DNA from: Eledone cirrhosa
Lineage: Eukaryota
Length of the DNA stretch: 64,000 bases
Assembly (NCBI GenBank): GCA_964016885.1
Contig: OZ024740.1
Span: forward strand, 398,164,001-398,228,000
Direction of reading: 5' to 3'
Shown here: in pieces, positions 27,441-42,565 of the stretch
How positions within the stretch are numbered: the first letter of the stretch is position 1
Layout of the letters: each line of letters begins with the position of its first letter
Position numbers and translations under genes: made by a program
Notes under the pieces: model-generated
What the model was told of the DNA's origin: nothing
The model's database searches: none
Seen by the model: the letters and a program-made list of their open reading frames with translations, nothing else

Positions 27441-30389
27441 TACACCTAATATTCCCCCTCCATACACACGCACACATGACTCATACACTGTTCACTTCCC
27501 TGACATTTGTATATTATTCTATGTACTATACATGCACCTTTGACGAGTTGTAGTGCACCTGAGCACTGTACACAATAATTTCATTATTATTATTTTAAAT
27601 GTTGTAGATCTGTTATATAAGTGAATTGGACTCACCACAACCGAAACTAGAAAACGTTCTGTAGATAGGTTTCAACGGATATTATTTCTATTCTATGACA
27701 CTGGCCAGACTTTTATGAAGACATTCTAGTAATAGTATATTTGCAATACTTTCTTTTACCATATATATAAAAACATGCACTGCATCATTATTCAAATCAG
27801 GCTCTACAGCGAAACAACAAATTGTTAAGCAAGAAATTTTGTTTTAAAAAAGGTTTCCGGTATGTGTGTGTGTGCGTGTGTGCGTGTGTGCGTGTTAGTG
27901 AGTGTGTGTGTATGTGTGTGTGCGCGTGTGTGTGAGTGTGTGTTTGTGTGTGTGGTGTGTGTGTGCGCGTATGTGTGTGCGTGTTAGTGTTACTGTTAGT
28001 GAGTGTGTGTGTGTGTGCGTGTGTGCGAGTGTGTGTATGCGCACGCGCGTGTGTGAATGAGTGCGTGTGTGTCTGTATCTGTGTGCGCGTATGGTGTTGT
28101 AGAATGGGGCCCGTTATTGCATTTACATTTAGCTGACATTGATTATCCAGAAAGCCTGTTTCATTCCGGGGTTGTAATTCGATTAAACATCGTGAGATGA
28201 ACATGTTGTGGAGACATCTTGTACAACCCATTTTCCCATGCTCTGTCACATTTAGTTATATTTGAGAATAACGTTAGCTGTCTACTTTTCCTGGAAATAA
28301 CTATCTGTATACCTCAGCCGGCGTCTTTATTAAGCTGTTAAGCTCAATCTCTTTTTCTTTTCTACCCGGAAGGAAATGAACTCCTGTTTGCAATAGCAAA
28401 CTAATGAAAATTGGGAGATAGAGGCTAGCGAAGAGAGAACAAGCGCCGTGGAGGAAGTATCATTAGTAAGTATAAAAGAAAAAAACAAGCAAATTTTAAA
28501 AAATAAATGGATAAAGTGAAAGACAATACTGTTAAAGTCAAGGAAATCTGATATGGCTTCAGGAGGACATGGAATCATAGTGTTGGCCATGGAAGTTGTC
28601 AGAATAAACTTCAGTGTATTTGGACAAATGTTGCGTGTGCTTTGGAGCAAGCAAGAGTTAAGTTCTTTAAGAGCTGAATCTGGAATTTAGTTTCAATTCT
28701 CGGTTGAAGCTAATCCAGTTCACTTAAGCTCCTAATTCATTTTGAAAAATGGCATCAAGACTGCGCAATCACATCTGATAAATTTGTAGTTATATGTTCG
28801 AGTAAAATAAGAGTTGAATATATTTAATGGCTACCTTTTATTTGTTCCTTGTTTGTTACCTATAAGATCTAATTATTATATGTAAGATCTGGTTACAAAT
28901 ATTCAGTTTATAAGTCAGTTACATTATCCCAGTTATTAACCATTCAATAAAATAATTTCTACTCGACTGTCGTCCCTTACATTAATTATTCTTAAAATTT
29001 CATTATTGCTTCAACAATTTTACAAATTGTAAAGCAAAAATAAATAAATAAATAAATAAATAAAAGCGGCGAATCTGTATTGTTAGAAAGTCAAATAAAT
29101 TGCAATGCGGAATTCATTTTGACTCTTTCCGCTCTGAGTTCAAATCTCGCCGAGATCAACTTTGCTTTTCATCTTTCGAGGTCGATGAATAAAGTACTAG
29201 TCCAGTACTGGGGTTGATTCTTCTTCAATCTCTCTTGCTCTATCTCCCCCCTCTCTTTCTCCCCCTCGCTCTCTCTATCTATCTATCTTTCTTTCTTTTT
29301 TTCTCTTCATCTAGAATAAATCAGTTGCGTTTAAGTGTTTAAAGTTTAAGGCTTAAGTGCCCAAGACGCACCATGTAATCATGACAACACCACTACAACT
29401 CCACGAGGAGTAAAGGGCCTCATGGTAAAAAACGTAAAAAACAGAAAAACATACACATCCATTAAATGGCAACATATCTTAGAATTAATATTAATACAAA
29501 ACGATGTTGCTTGTATGTCATTTCACTAAACTATTTAATTGTTCAGAGAAAATGATGATCTTTGCACACTCCTGTTTGCCGCTAAATTTTAAGGTTGTCG
29601 TTGCTGTTGTTTGATGCCAGGTCAATCCTGATCGAGCAGGTGTGTCATCAAAGCCTCTCCAGTCGTAGCCATACCATATATTCTTTTTTCAGGAATTGTT
29701 TACCCAGTATCATATTATTCAATGTATTCTTATTTATTTCAGATATGTTGTACTTACAGAGAGGTAAATGACTGCTATTTCTAAGAACCGCGTAAAGGGT
29801 CCCTCATTAAATCGTAAATCTTCGGGTTTGTGTTTATGTATGAAATCGAGAATTAAAAGAAATTTTGTAATCATTCCAATTAGTTGACAGAACATTCGAA
29901 TTGACAGTATCAGTAGAGTGCCAGACGCATGCTTTGCAGCATTAAGTTATGGCCTTTTCGTTCTGAGTTCAAATCCCGCCGGGGTTAACTTTGCCTTTCA
30001 TCCTTACGGGGTCGATTAAATAAAGTACCAGTAATACATTTGGGTAATTGCTGGCCTTGTGCCAAAGGTAGAAACAATAATTTGTTCATGATGACACTAT
30101 AGTTTATACCTAGGTTAAATCTAAGAGAGGAGACATATCCCCAAATACGGCCCAGCGGTAGCCATCATTAATCCAGATATATATTATTCAATCTGGTCTA
30201 TCTTCTTGAAACACATTTAACAGTTATTTCTAGCGAGTCGAGTAACTACGTAGAGGACCTTCATTCAGTTGACACTACTTACTGAAACGTAAGTTTTAGG
30301 AATATTTATACTTCAACTACTTCAGCAAATATATGAATGTCATAACTCCATTGCTCCCCTTTATATACGTTCATAATACATAATTACAT

Positions 30390-30446
<57 letters not shown>

Positions 30447-30450
30447 AATA

Positions 30451-30528
<78 letters not shown>

Positions 30529-30655
30529 GTATACACATACACACACACACATACACATATATATATATATATGTATATATATATATGTATATATTCACAC
30601 ACATATACACTTACTTGGGAGTCGCGGGGTTTCAGTTCTCCTGAAAGCTTCTTAC

Positions 30656-30701
<46 letters not shown>

Positions 30702-30743
30702 GTAAGCATATATATATATACACATATATATATATATACATTC

Positions 30744-30849
<106 letters not shown>

Positions 30850-31048
30850 CGGAGGAAATGTGGTAAGGGACCAGGTGGACCATAACGCACCAAAGTACTC
30901 AATACCTAGGGGAGTAGAGTGGGTAATAGGAAGGAGTAGGGCCCCGACGGCTGAGCTCAAGCCGTTTCGACGGCTAATTCTGGACTAAATTTAGTCCAGA
31001 ATTAGCCGTCGAAACGGCTTGAGCTCAGCCGTCGGGATCCTACTCGTT

Positions 31049-31146
<98 letters not shown>

Positions 31147-31161
31147 AATGTATATATATAA

Positions 31162-31225
<64 letters not shown>

Positions 31226-31264
31226 AAAAGCGAAGTAATTGAATTGCATCAATGTTTACCCTAA

Positions 31265-31295
<31 letters not shown>

Positions 31296-32023
31296 GTATG
31301 TACGTATACACACGTACAGAGCTAAATAAGATATCAACAGGAAATAATAAGGGAAGAAAAGAAGAAAAAACGTTAATTATCAAGGAACGAAATAGCCCGA
31401 GAAAGTTCATTTTCCAACCGAAACGCCTAATTAACACCAGCCCAAACATATGTACTTCCGTCCGCCGAACCAACAGAGTTACAAAAACAAAATGGCGGAT
31501 TTCACAAAGTATAAACAAACAAAATAATTTGAAGGCAAAAGAAGAGAAGGTGTTTACAAGATAACAAAACCAGCGATATAATTAAATAAATAAGACAAAC
31601 GTATATTGATATATCGTCTGCCAGGTGGGAAAGCGTAATGTTATGGTGTCTTCTTTCAACAAAATCAAAGACGCTCCTTAAAGACCAGCTATTTTTGTAA
31701 AGTACCTCCCATCTGCATAATATGACGAGAGTAAGTTCGTATAACAAGAAAGCAGTTCACATTAATTTCAAGACGCATGCTCAGGCAAACACACACACAC
31801 ACACAAGCGCCTCACATAGATTCCCTTACCCACATTCATATCCAAACGAACGTATATACACACAAACTCGCAGGCGCGTTTTCACACCTGGAGGCGCATA
31901 TGTACGAATTCTACTGAAACACACATGTACATCAACATTTGCACAAATATTCAGCAAAACAATCTTACATTCTCATACGCACACATTTACTCAGACATGT
32001 AAGCGCATATGCATACACATGCG

Positions 32024-32063
<40 letters not shown>

Positions 32064-32111
32064 TATAGATAGGTAAATATACACGGGTGTGTATGATTGT
32101 GTATAGAAGAT

Positions 32112-32519
32112 TATATTAATAAGAGGAATTCCAACTTTGTCTGATTTACTCGTTTTATTTACAATCCTTTAAAATATATATAAAATGGTATTATAATGAA
32201 ATAGTATGATAGAATATTAAATTCTAAGTGTTAATTGAACAAGTACTTTCATGCTTTCGCAATCTTCAGGTTCATGATATGTGGTGACAGTCGAGTTTGC
32301 AATTTTCAACTGTTGAAAATTTTCAACAGTTGAAAATTGCAAACTCGACTGTCACCACATATCATGAACCTGAAGATTGCGAAAGCATGAAAGTACTTGT
32401 TCAATTAACACTTAGAATTTAATATTCTATCATACTATTTCATTATAATACCATTTTATATATATTTTAAAGGATTGTAAATAAAACGAGTAAATCAGAC
32501 AAAGTTGGAATTCCTCTTA

Positions 32520-32527
<8 letters not shown>
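32112..32527. repeat. Spacer-less palindrome with ~208-bp arms (fold-back HHR element)
   Basis: Arms are exact reverse complements by eye, centred at GAAAA|TTTTC (32319/32320). Confidence 0.92.
32365..32403 (+). ncRNA. Minimal type I hammerhead with palindromic GTAC loop III (mirror at 32236-32274, minus)
   Basis: TGAAC-CTGAAGA-T TGC gaaa GCA T-GAA-A gtac T-T-GTTCA. Confidence 0.88.
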
Positions 32528-32558
<31 letters not shown>

Positions 32559-32669
32559 CTAGTATAGATTAAAGTTCAAGCAAAGAATCGGTGCTTTCAC
32601 CCTACTACGGGAAGTTCTGATAAACTCTAATTCGGATTTTGGTTTTCGTAATTATTATTACTAAATATA

Positions 32670-32735
<66 letters not shown>

Positions 32736-32790
32736 TAGTAAATTCGTCCCATGGACTGAGTGTTCTACGGATATTACCTTCCAGTGTTCT

Positions 32791-32871
<81 letters not shown>

Positions 32872-33122
32872 ACACACGTGCATGCCCCACGTGTAACTAA
32901 CTACTTCTAACTATCCTCCTGCATCACCTTCATAGACTGCCAATGTTGTATTATAACTTTAATTTTGTTGTAATTTTCTTTTAATATGACTTTAATCTTT
33001 AAATGTAAACTGCCATGCTTAAATATTATAATGGATGTCAACCCACTGTGCATCAATATATATGTTTCTGTATGTCTCTTGTGTTGAAAAGGAGGTCAAG
33101 TATGTAAACAATCATTGAAACA

Positions 33123-33171
33123 TTGCTCCGAAGACTTCAAACCTCGGTTTGGAAGAAACAATTGTAAGCGA
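33123..33171 (+). ncRNA. Hammerhead-like motif with U4C change
   Basis: TTGCT-CCGAAGA-C TTCAAAC ctcg GTTTGGA A-GAA-AC aatt GT-A-AGCGA. Confidence 0.6.
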
Positions 33172-33245
33172 ATAAATGATTTGAACAGAACTATGATTCA
33201 TGTAATTTCTATATATATATATATATATATATATTCTTATGCCTT

Positions 33246-34088
33246 GGGAGGGTCATGTTGCCAATAAGAAACACACGCACCAGTTGCTTTCACTTCAATT
33301 TATTATAAATTAAATTTAGGAATTTAGGAATTTATAAATTTCCGGTTGGTTGGTTGGTTGGTTCCACAACCAAACGATTGTTCATATATTGTCAAAGTTC
33401 TTTCGTCACACATTTTGTGACCTCTTCTGTGACTGGGGATTATTTTCTTTGTTTTTGTGCCTCTCCTTTGTTTTTTTCCTACGCCATCTTGTTTTTGTGT
33501 GTGTTGTGTGCTTAGTTTGCGCATGTGTTACATCTGGGTGTCTGTGTGTGTTTATATTTGTTTATTTACATGTTACTGGTTGGTTGTTTGTTCTATGTGT
33601 GTGTGTGTTTTCATTTTGTCCTAGCAACATCACAACTTACAATTAAGGACAAAATGAAAACACACACACACATAGAACAAACAACCAACCAGTAACATGT
33701 AAATAAACAAATATAAACACACACAGACACCCGGATGTAACACATGCGCAAACTAAGCACACAACACACACAAAAACAAGATGGCGTAGGAAAAAACAAA
33801 CGAGAAGCACAAAAACAAAGAAAATAATCCCCAGTCACTGAAGAAGTCACAGAATGTGTGACGAAAGAACTTTGACAATATATGAACAATCGTCTGGTTG
33901 TGGAACCAACCAACCAACCGGAAATTTATAAATTCCTAAATTTATAAATTTAATTGATAATAAATTGAAGTGAAAGCAACTGGTGCGTGTGTTTCTTATT
34001 GGCAACATGACCCTCCCAAAGCATAACAACATCGGTTTCAACACACGTTTTCAGATAAAGAATCTTGCTAAACAAATTAAGAAACGAA
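33246..34088. mobile_element. Fold-back of the PLE1 3' end; intact HHR at 33834-33876 (+), U4A-mutated mirror at ~33391-33433 (-)
   Basis: 33623-34088 matches 2553-3025; 33246-33621 is its inverted copy. Confidence 0.9.
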
Positions 34089-34425
34089 ATATATATATAT
34101 TTATTAAAATAACAGATTAAAGTTTAAGCAAAGAATCGCTGCTTTCACCCTTAACGGGATCTTCTGAAACTAACAAAGTCAATCCTTATCGAGCCCTCTT
34201 TGGATTTTAGTCTTCAAATTTATTATTATTACTATATATATATAATAATTACGAAAACCAAAATCCGAGTTTCTTTCAACCACTCCCCCTCACACCTTCG
34301 GAACTCTTTTCCTTCCCACTTTTCTCCTGATGAAGGGCACATGCCCGAAACGTCGTCCCCTACCCCTACTCTCAAGCGTGATCTAATACCACACTGTTCC
34401 TACTGCACACTTTGTTATTGTTTTT

Positions 34426-34464
<39 letters not shown>

Positions 34465-35015
34465 AACGAGTAGGACCCCGACGGCTAATTCTGGACTAAA
34501 ATAAGTCCAGAATTTTAGTCCAGAACTAGCCGTCGAAACGGCTTGAGCTCAGCCGTCGGGGTCCTACTCGTTCCTATTACCTACTCTACTACCCTAAGTA
34601 TTGAGTACTTTGGTGCGTTATGGTCCACCTGGTTCCTTACCACATTTCCTTCGTTATATATATATATATAAAAAGGTAAACAGAAATAACAACACAATCG
34701 GTACACTATATGGAAGGGATATATTAGGTTAACGCTTAATGTAGCAGGAAGGGGGTTTTAACGTTTCGGACGCTAGTCCTTCATCAGAAGAAAGAATTTT
34801 TCCTAATTTAATTATCTTCAACTGAACCAGATCAATAATTATCTATAATCATTTGATCAGAAACATTATATGGAGTAGCGAAACAATTGTAAACGGACAT
34901 TATTAGTATTATTATTTACATCCCTTACATTAAACTACAACTATGTTGACAATCTTTAAATAATGTCTTCCTTGTGAAATTTGTGGTCTTGTTTTGTTTA
35001 ACTAATGAATATATA

Positions 35016-35046
<31 letters not shown>

Positions 35047-35519
35047 ATCTGAGTTTTTCGAATATTAATAATAACATTCGATTCATTTGCAATTATGCAA
35101 ACAAGCATCAATTTTATGTCAGTAGAATTGACCCTTCATTCTTGTTCTTGTGTTGGCATGTAAACAGAACTGCAGACACTAATGTTTCTGGGTATCACCC
35201 TTCATCAGTACAGCTCACTGTTTACCTGCCAAACTGTCAGAGCTAGTGAAAATATATGTTATTTTCAAAAATACACGGTGACTGATCAGCATGATTTGCA
35301 TATTAGCAGATCCACTGATCAGCCTGATTTGTATATCAGCAGACTGGCCAGTCAGTTTCCTGTGTACGATAAATGGCCGGCTTTGCCAAATTCAAATAAA
35401 AAAGAAAATTTTCGCTCTACGATCTACGATCTCTCCCACCTTCAGATCTCCTTACGTACAGTCTATTAACATCACCCTTCTAATGAAATATACTGTAGAT
35501 AATCATTAATTTCTTTGTC

Positions 35520-35990
35520 TGTCTATCCAGTTCTTTTTGCTCGTTTACATTCCCACACTGTACCTAATAATAGACACAGCTCGGAAATTTACTGCACCTA
35601 TAGCATTTCTACTATTCAAATGGGATTTTAGTATGTTCCTTACTCTCCTTGTGTATTCAGATCTAATCGTCTCTTCCATTTTCTTGTCCTTGGTGTTATC
35701 TGCCTCCAAAACAACCAAATACCTATACCCTTCTTCGGTGTCGATCTTTCTCACCTCACCCGTTGGTGTCTCGATTCCTTTGCTTGTCTTCAATTTACCC
35801 CTCCTCATCACTAGGACTCCACATTTATTAACACCAAATTTCATTCATATATCATTGCTGAAAACACGAACAGGACATCCAACCCCTTCTCGTTCTTCCC
35901 GAAGAGTTTTAGGTCGTCCATGAAGAGGACATGGTTGATGGTAAGCTCTCCTCTTCGCAGTTCGTATCTTGCCTTCACTTTTAGATTTGT
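35520..35990 (-). pseudogene. R4/Dong-like LINE RT fragment
   Basis: INHVLFMDDLKLFGK, MKFGVNKC, YRYLVVLE, EYTRRVRNILKSHLNSRN. Confidence 0.8.
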
Positions 35991-35999
35991 ATTTGATAG

Positions 36000-36766
36000 G
36001 TTTGATGCCGAGCGCTGCATGGCTGGAATGAAAATCAGTGCTGCAAACCCTGAGACATTCGTATTCTCAAGGAAGCTTGTGTAGTGCACTCTACATGTGA
36101 ATGGAGTTCCACTGAAGCAGGTGGAGAAGAGCAGGTTTCTCGGGGTTATGTTCACAAGTGATGGAAGGCAGGAAGCTGAATTAAGTGCAAGAATTGCAGG
36201 AGCTGATGCAGTAATGTGCCAGCTTCAGTATTCAGTAATCAGAAGGGAGGTAGGTTTAAAAGCCAAATTCACTATCTTCAATTCGGTATTCGTGCCAAGC
36301 CTTACCTATGGTCGTGTATCTTGATAATGGCAGAAAGAATGCGATCGCAAATACAAACTCCGAAATGGAGTTCCTCTGAAGAGTCTTTGGAGTAACGTTA
36401 CTCGATAGAGAGCGTAGCTTGGAGATCAGAGAGTCACTCCAGGTAGAACCACTACTTCTACGAACTGAGAGAGCACAGCTCCGATACTATGAGCATGTGG
36501 TTAGAATATCTCAGGAAAGAATGGCTGGACAAATTTTAAGGGCAAAACCAACCGGCAGAAGACACAGGGGTAGATCGCGAGAAAGTTGGTTGGATAACAT
36601 CCATGAACTTGGCTGGTCAGGCTTGGGGATCCAGCCGGATCTGTTGGAAACGGTCGCTTCTGACAGGGCCCGCTGGAAGGAGTGTTTGAAAACTCTTCCT
36701 CGACTTTCTCAAGAAGAAGAAGAAGAAGAAGAAGAAGAAGAAGAAGAAGAAGAAGAAGAAGAAGAA
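36000..36766 (+). pseudogene. RTE-clade (Expander/Rex3-like) LINE 3' fragment with (GAA)n tail
   Basis: LKQVEKSRFLGVMFTSDGR, VFVPSLTYG, EIRESLQVEPLLLRTERAQLRYYEHV, PTGRRHRGR. Confidence 0.85.
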
Positions 36767-37519
36767 TTGGCCAGCGGATTTAGTGGGGTTTTGCGGTTGA
36801 GAGGTTCTCATGCCAACCAATGTGAATGGCTTTGTGATGTCAAGTGCAACAACATTACTTTCTATCGCTACTACAGTGATATCCGATACTCAACTGGGTA
36901 CTGCATACCCTCTCCACTCAAGCACACCCGACTCACTAATCTCGTCCTACAGATATTAAAACACAGACGTAATAACGGTACTACTTTTCTTCCACTCACT
37001 AATAGCATTTCATCTGACTCTCTGTTGGAGGCTGTTCTACACTGAGTGTAATATATTGCAGATAGCTTCAGTAAGTTAACTTGTCCGAGATACGCAAGAA
37101 GGTAATGTTTTCGGTGCAGTGACCTCGATACAAGACAATATATTATTTTTTGGTAAGAAATATGGACGATTTCATCTACATCAGCAACTTACATACAACT
37201 AAGATGAAGGTGTGAGAAACAAAATATAACATATGTGTAAGATATAGTTTGAACAAATGACTAATAAGTTAGTTCGGTTCTTTAACTATACGACAACCAC
37301 GCAACTACGCCGGAAGCCGAATTATAAACAGAACGCTCACACACATACACACAGAGGATATAAGAATATATATGGTGCCTGTCTGGAATTTATTAGGTTC
37401 AACAGTTTGCAAATGATATTTCTATATTCTACCCTCCCCGCGTTTCCATCGCTCATATCATCATTGATTACTCTCCACCTCCAACCTTGTCGCTTCGGCC
37501 ACAAACCCGAGCTCCGCTG

Positions 37520-37760
37520 ACCGCAATGCGGAGGGGAGGAAGATAGTCAAATACCGGAGCCTGGCCGACCACTTCCTCTTTGCATCGGTCTCCCTCGAGA
37601 CCTCGAGTATCCTTGGTTCCCGCACTGCTGATTTCTTCCATGAGAAATTGTGTGATTGAGGAGGGAGGCCCGTGGGGTAGGGTGGCTCATGCAGCGGGTG
37701 CCTCTGGCCATTCTCCGCGGTAATGCCTTTACATTTTGCCCGCGGAGTGCGACTGAAGCA
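37520..37760 (+). pseudogene. CRE-like non-LTR element C-terminal fragment
   Basis: KYRSLADHFLFASVSLET...WLMQRVPLAILRGNA. Confidence 0.6.
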
Positions 37761-39832
37761 CCGCGCAGATTGCAGTGTTGTGTCTTCCCCCTCTCCTTTC
37801 CTTTCGTTGATTGATCCTTTTTTTGTTTCTTCTTTTCATTTCCTTTTTTTCTTCAATTTTGTTCCCTTTAATAGTGTGGTTTATTTTTACCAGATACTGC
37901 TTAATTATCATTATATCGGTGAAGTGGCAGTGTCGGTAGAGGGTCGGACGCCATGCTTTCCAGCATAGTTACGTCCCTTTACGATCTGAGTTCAAATCCC
38001 GCCGAGGTTGACTTTGCCTTTCATCCTTACGGGGTCGATAAAATAAAGTACCAGTAATGCACTGGGAAATTGCTGCCAAAAGTAGAAACAATTATATTGG
38101 ATTGGCAGTATCGTAGAGGGCCGGACACCATGCTTTGACGCATAGAGTTACGGCTCTTGCCATTCTGAGTTCAATCGCACCGAGGTTAACTTTGCCTTTC
38201 ATCCTTACGGGGTCGATAAAATAAAGGACCAGTGATGCACTGGGTAATTGCTGGCCTTGTGCCAAATGTAGAAACAATTATATAATGTGAAAGGTTTTTG
38301 ATGACATTTTGAGATTTTATATATTGAATATGTTTGTTATTCATTTCAGTTATTTTATAATAAACGTTATATTAGTAGATCCTGTTCTATTAAAAGAAAC
38401 AAAAACTCAGCAAGTGAAACATATGATAGTTTCATTTCGTTGTTTAGAAATCTTTCGTAATTTTCTTCTAATCCTTTACTAATAATTACAAGTGTAAGAA
38501 TTTTAGCTGGTGTATAGTGTTGGTGAAGAATCTAGATTGTATGATAAATATGATTTGTCATTTACAAAGATCTGCCGATGAACACCAATGAAAGATACAG
38601 TATATATTTTTTTCTGCTTCTTCCTTTCTTTCAACATTTCCCATGTTTCCTTCTTTTTTCATTTTTCTTTCCTTCTTTTCTTCCCATAGCTTATTCACTC
38701 CTTCACTTTTTTTATTTCCTTGTTTCTTTCTTTAGTACATGCCCTCATCTCCTCCTCCTCCTCCTCCTCCTCCTCCTCCTCCTCTTCCTCGTTTCATCTC
38801 TTATTGCCTTCCTTCATTTTCCTCATTCTTTTCTCTATTCGATTGTTCTTTCTTTCTTTCTTTTTCCTCAACTCTTTTCTTCTTTCTTCGTTTCCTCTTT
38901 CTCTATCTACCTTTAATATACTCTCATTCTTCCCTCCCCCTCCTGCCTTCTTTTTTTTCTTTCTTTCATCCCTCATACCCCCCCCCCTCTCTCTCTCTCT
39001 CTTTCTTTTCATTCCCCCCATCTTTCTTTTCTGTCTTTATGTTCTTCGTCTCTCCCCATCTTTCTTATAAGCCATAACTGTTTTTTTTCTATCTTTCATA
39101 AGACCCTCTCCTCTCTTTTTCACTCATCTCTATTTACATCTCCATTCTTTTCTTTACTTCTTTCTTTCCTTCTTTCCTTTCTCCCATATTTCATTTATTT
39201 TATTTTCTCTATTTTCTACTCTATCCTGTTTTGTTTCTCCCTCGTTTTCCTCCCATTTACTTTCCCCTCTCTCTTCTCTCCCCTATCCCGTCTTTTCTTT
39301 CTTTCGTCCTCTATTTCTCTCTCTCTTTTCAGCTTTCTCTCCCTCTAACCTTTTGTCCATTCTATCCTTTCTAATGCTCACTCCTCCTTCCTTTATTCTC
39401 TTCCCACCATCCCACCCCTTTCTCTCCATCCACCCATATCTAACTCAATTACATTCCTCTACATTATTACCTGACCCTACCCTATCACTTTCAATCTTCT
39501 AAATTCTTCACATCGCCTCAACTTTTCTTTCGTACTTATCTTTTGTTTCCGCTCGATATATATTAAACATGTAAACTATCATCTCAACTCTGTTTTCCAG
39601 CGCTAATATTATATATGAGTCTGTGCATCCATGCGTATGTTTCTGTTTTGCCTATGAGTGCGTTTATGTGTGGATGTTTGTGTGAATGTATGAGTATGTG
39701 TATGGGTTATTGTGTATGTGTAGCAAGATCCAGATAGTTTTCTAACTAACGTACCATATTAAATCTGAGTATCCCAAGACCAGTTATATTCAAGAGACTA
39801 CAATGAGGAGTTGAGAGCTGTTGCCAGCAACC

Positions 39833-41925
39833 TGCTGATGTATTCACTGATATATACACTGATATATTCACTGATATATACACTGATATATACACTGATA
39901 TATACACTGATATATTCACTGATATATACACTGATATATTCACTGATATATACACTGATAATTACACTGATATATACACTGATATTTTCACTGATATATA
40001 CACTGATATATTAACTGATATATTCACTGATATTTTCACTGATATATACACTGATATATTAACTGATATATACACTGATATATACACTGATATATACACT
40101 GATATATACACTGATATTTTCACTGATTTATACACTGATATATACACTGATATATTCACTGATATATACACTGATATATACACTGATATATACACTGATA
40201 TTTTCACTGATATATACACTGATATATTAACTGATATATTCACTGATATTTTCACTGATATATACACTGATATATTAACTGATATATACACTGATATATA
40301 CACTGATATATTCACTGATATATTCACTGATATATTCACTGATATATACACTGATATATACACTGATATATACACTGATATATTCACTGATATATACACT
40401 GATATATACACTGATATATACACTGATATATTCACTGATATATACACTGATATATACACTGATATATACACTGATATATTCACTGATATATACACTGATA
40501 TTTTCACTGATATATACACTGATATATTAACTGATATATTCACTGATATTTTCACTGATATATACACTGATATATTAACTGATATATACACTGATATATA
40601 CACTGATATATACACTGATATATACACTGATATTTTCACTGATTTATACACTGATATATACACTGATATATTCACTGATATATACACTGATATATACACT
40701 GATATATACACTGATATTTTCACTGATATATACACTGATATATTAACTGATATATTCACTGATATTTTCACTGATATATACACTGATATATTAACTGATA
40801 TATACACTGATATATTAACTGATATATTCACTGATATATTCACTGATATATTCACTGATATATACACTGATATATACACTGATATATACACTGATATATT
40901 CACTGATATATACACTGATATATTCACTGATATATACACTGATATATACACTGATATATTCACTGATATATACACTGATATATTCACTGATATATACACT
41001 GATATATTCACTGATATATACACTGATATATACACTGATATATTCACTGATATATTCACTGATATATTAACTGATATATTCACTGATATATATACTGATA
41101 TATTCACTGATATATACACTGATATATACACTGATATATACACTGATATATTCACTGATATATACACTGATATATACACTGATATATTCACTGATATATT
41201 CACTGATATATTAACTGATATATTCACTGATATATACACTGATATATACACTGATATATTCACTGATATATTCACTGATATATACACTGATATATTCACT
41301 GATATATACACTGATATATACACTGATATATACACTGATATATTCACTGATATATTCACTGATATATACACTGATATATTCACTGATATATACACTGATA
41401 TATACACTGATATATTAACTGATATATACACTGATATATTCACTGATATATTCACTGATATATTCACTGATATATTCACTGATATATACACTGATATATT
41501 CACTGATATATACACTGATATATACACTGATATATTCACTGATATATACACTGATATATTCACTGATATATACACTGATATATACACTGATATATACACT
41601 GATATATTCACTGATATATTCACTGATATATACACTGATATATTCACTGATATATACACTGATATATACACTGATATATTCACTGATATATACACTGATA
41701 TATACACTGATATATACACTGATATATTCACTGATATATTCACTGATATATACACTGATATATTCACTGATATATACACTGATATATACACTGATATATT
41801 AACTGATATATACACTGATATATTCACTGATATATTCACTGATATATTCACTGATATATTCACTGATATATACACTGATATATTCACTGATATATACACT
41901 AATATATACACTGATATATTCACTA
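39833..41925. repeat. 12-bp minisatellite (CACTGATATATA/CACTGATATATT)n, ~2.1 kb
   Basis: Directly visible, in phase throughout. Confidence 0.97.
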
Positions 41926-42184
41926 CTATAAAAAAAAAAAAAACAAGCACACAGATATAACAATAGTCTTATTAGTTTCACACTTGAAAGAAAAAGGAAA
42001 AAGGCAAGTTCAAAGTATCAGACGTTAGTCCTTCATCAGAAGTAGAGGAAACACACATACACAGACACACAAACACACGCACACATACACAGACACACAT
42101 ACACAGACACACAAACACACTCACACACACACAGACACACACACAGACACACACCTACACACACACACACACACACACATACAT

Positions 42185-42289
42185 GATGATGATGGCTGCC
42201 CCCTCGTTATCGAGTATGGCCATTGCACGAGAAGAAAAAAAAAAAAATAATAATAATAATAATAATAAATAAATAAATAAAAAAAAAAA

Positions 42290-42320
<31 letters not shown>

Positions 42321-42392
42321 CATACATACATATATACATACACACATACATACACATACACACACACATATACACACACATACATTAATAAC

Positions 42393-42438
<46 letters not shown>

Positions 42439-42521
42439 GCAATAATAATAATAACGACAACAACAATAATAATATACATATTCATATATATATACACACA
42501 CACGCACGCGCATAAGCATAT

Positions 42522-42565
<44 letters not shown>

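Noticed and set aside
28330-28700. Possible exon or ORF in unique sequence
   Set aside because: Stops in all extended frames and no recognisable motif.
39962-41950. 662-aa ISVY/ISVN ORF
   Set aside because: It is a by-product of a 12-bp repeat lacking stops in that frame; no unique domain or splice context.
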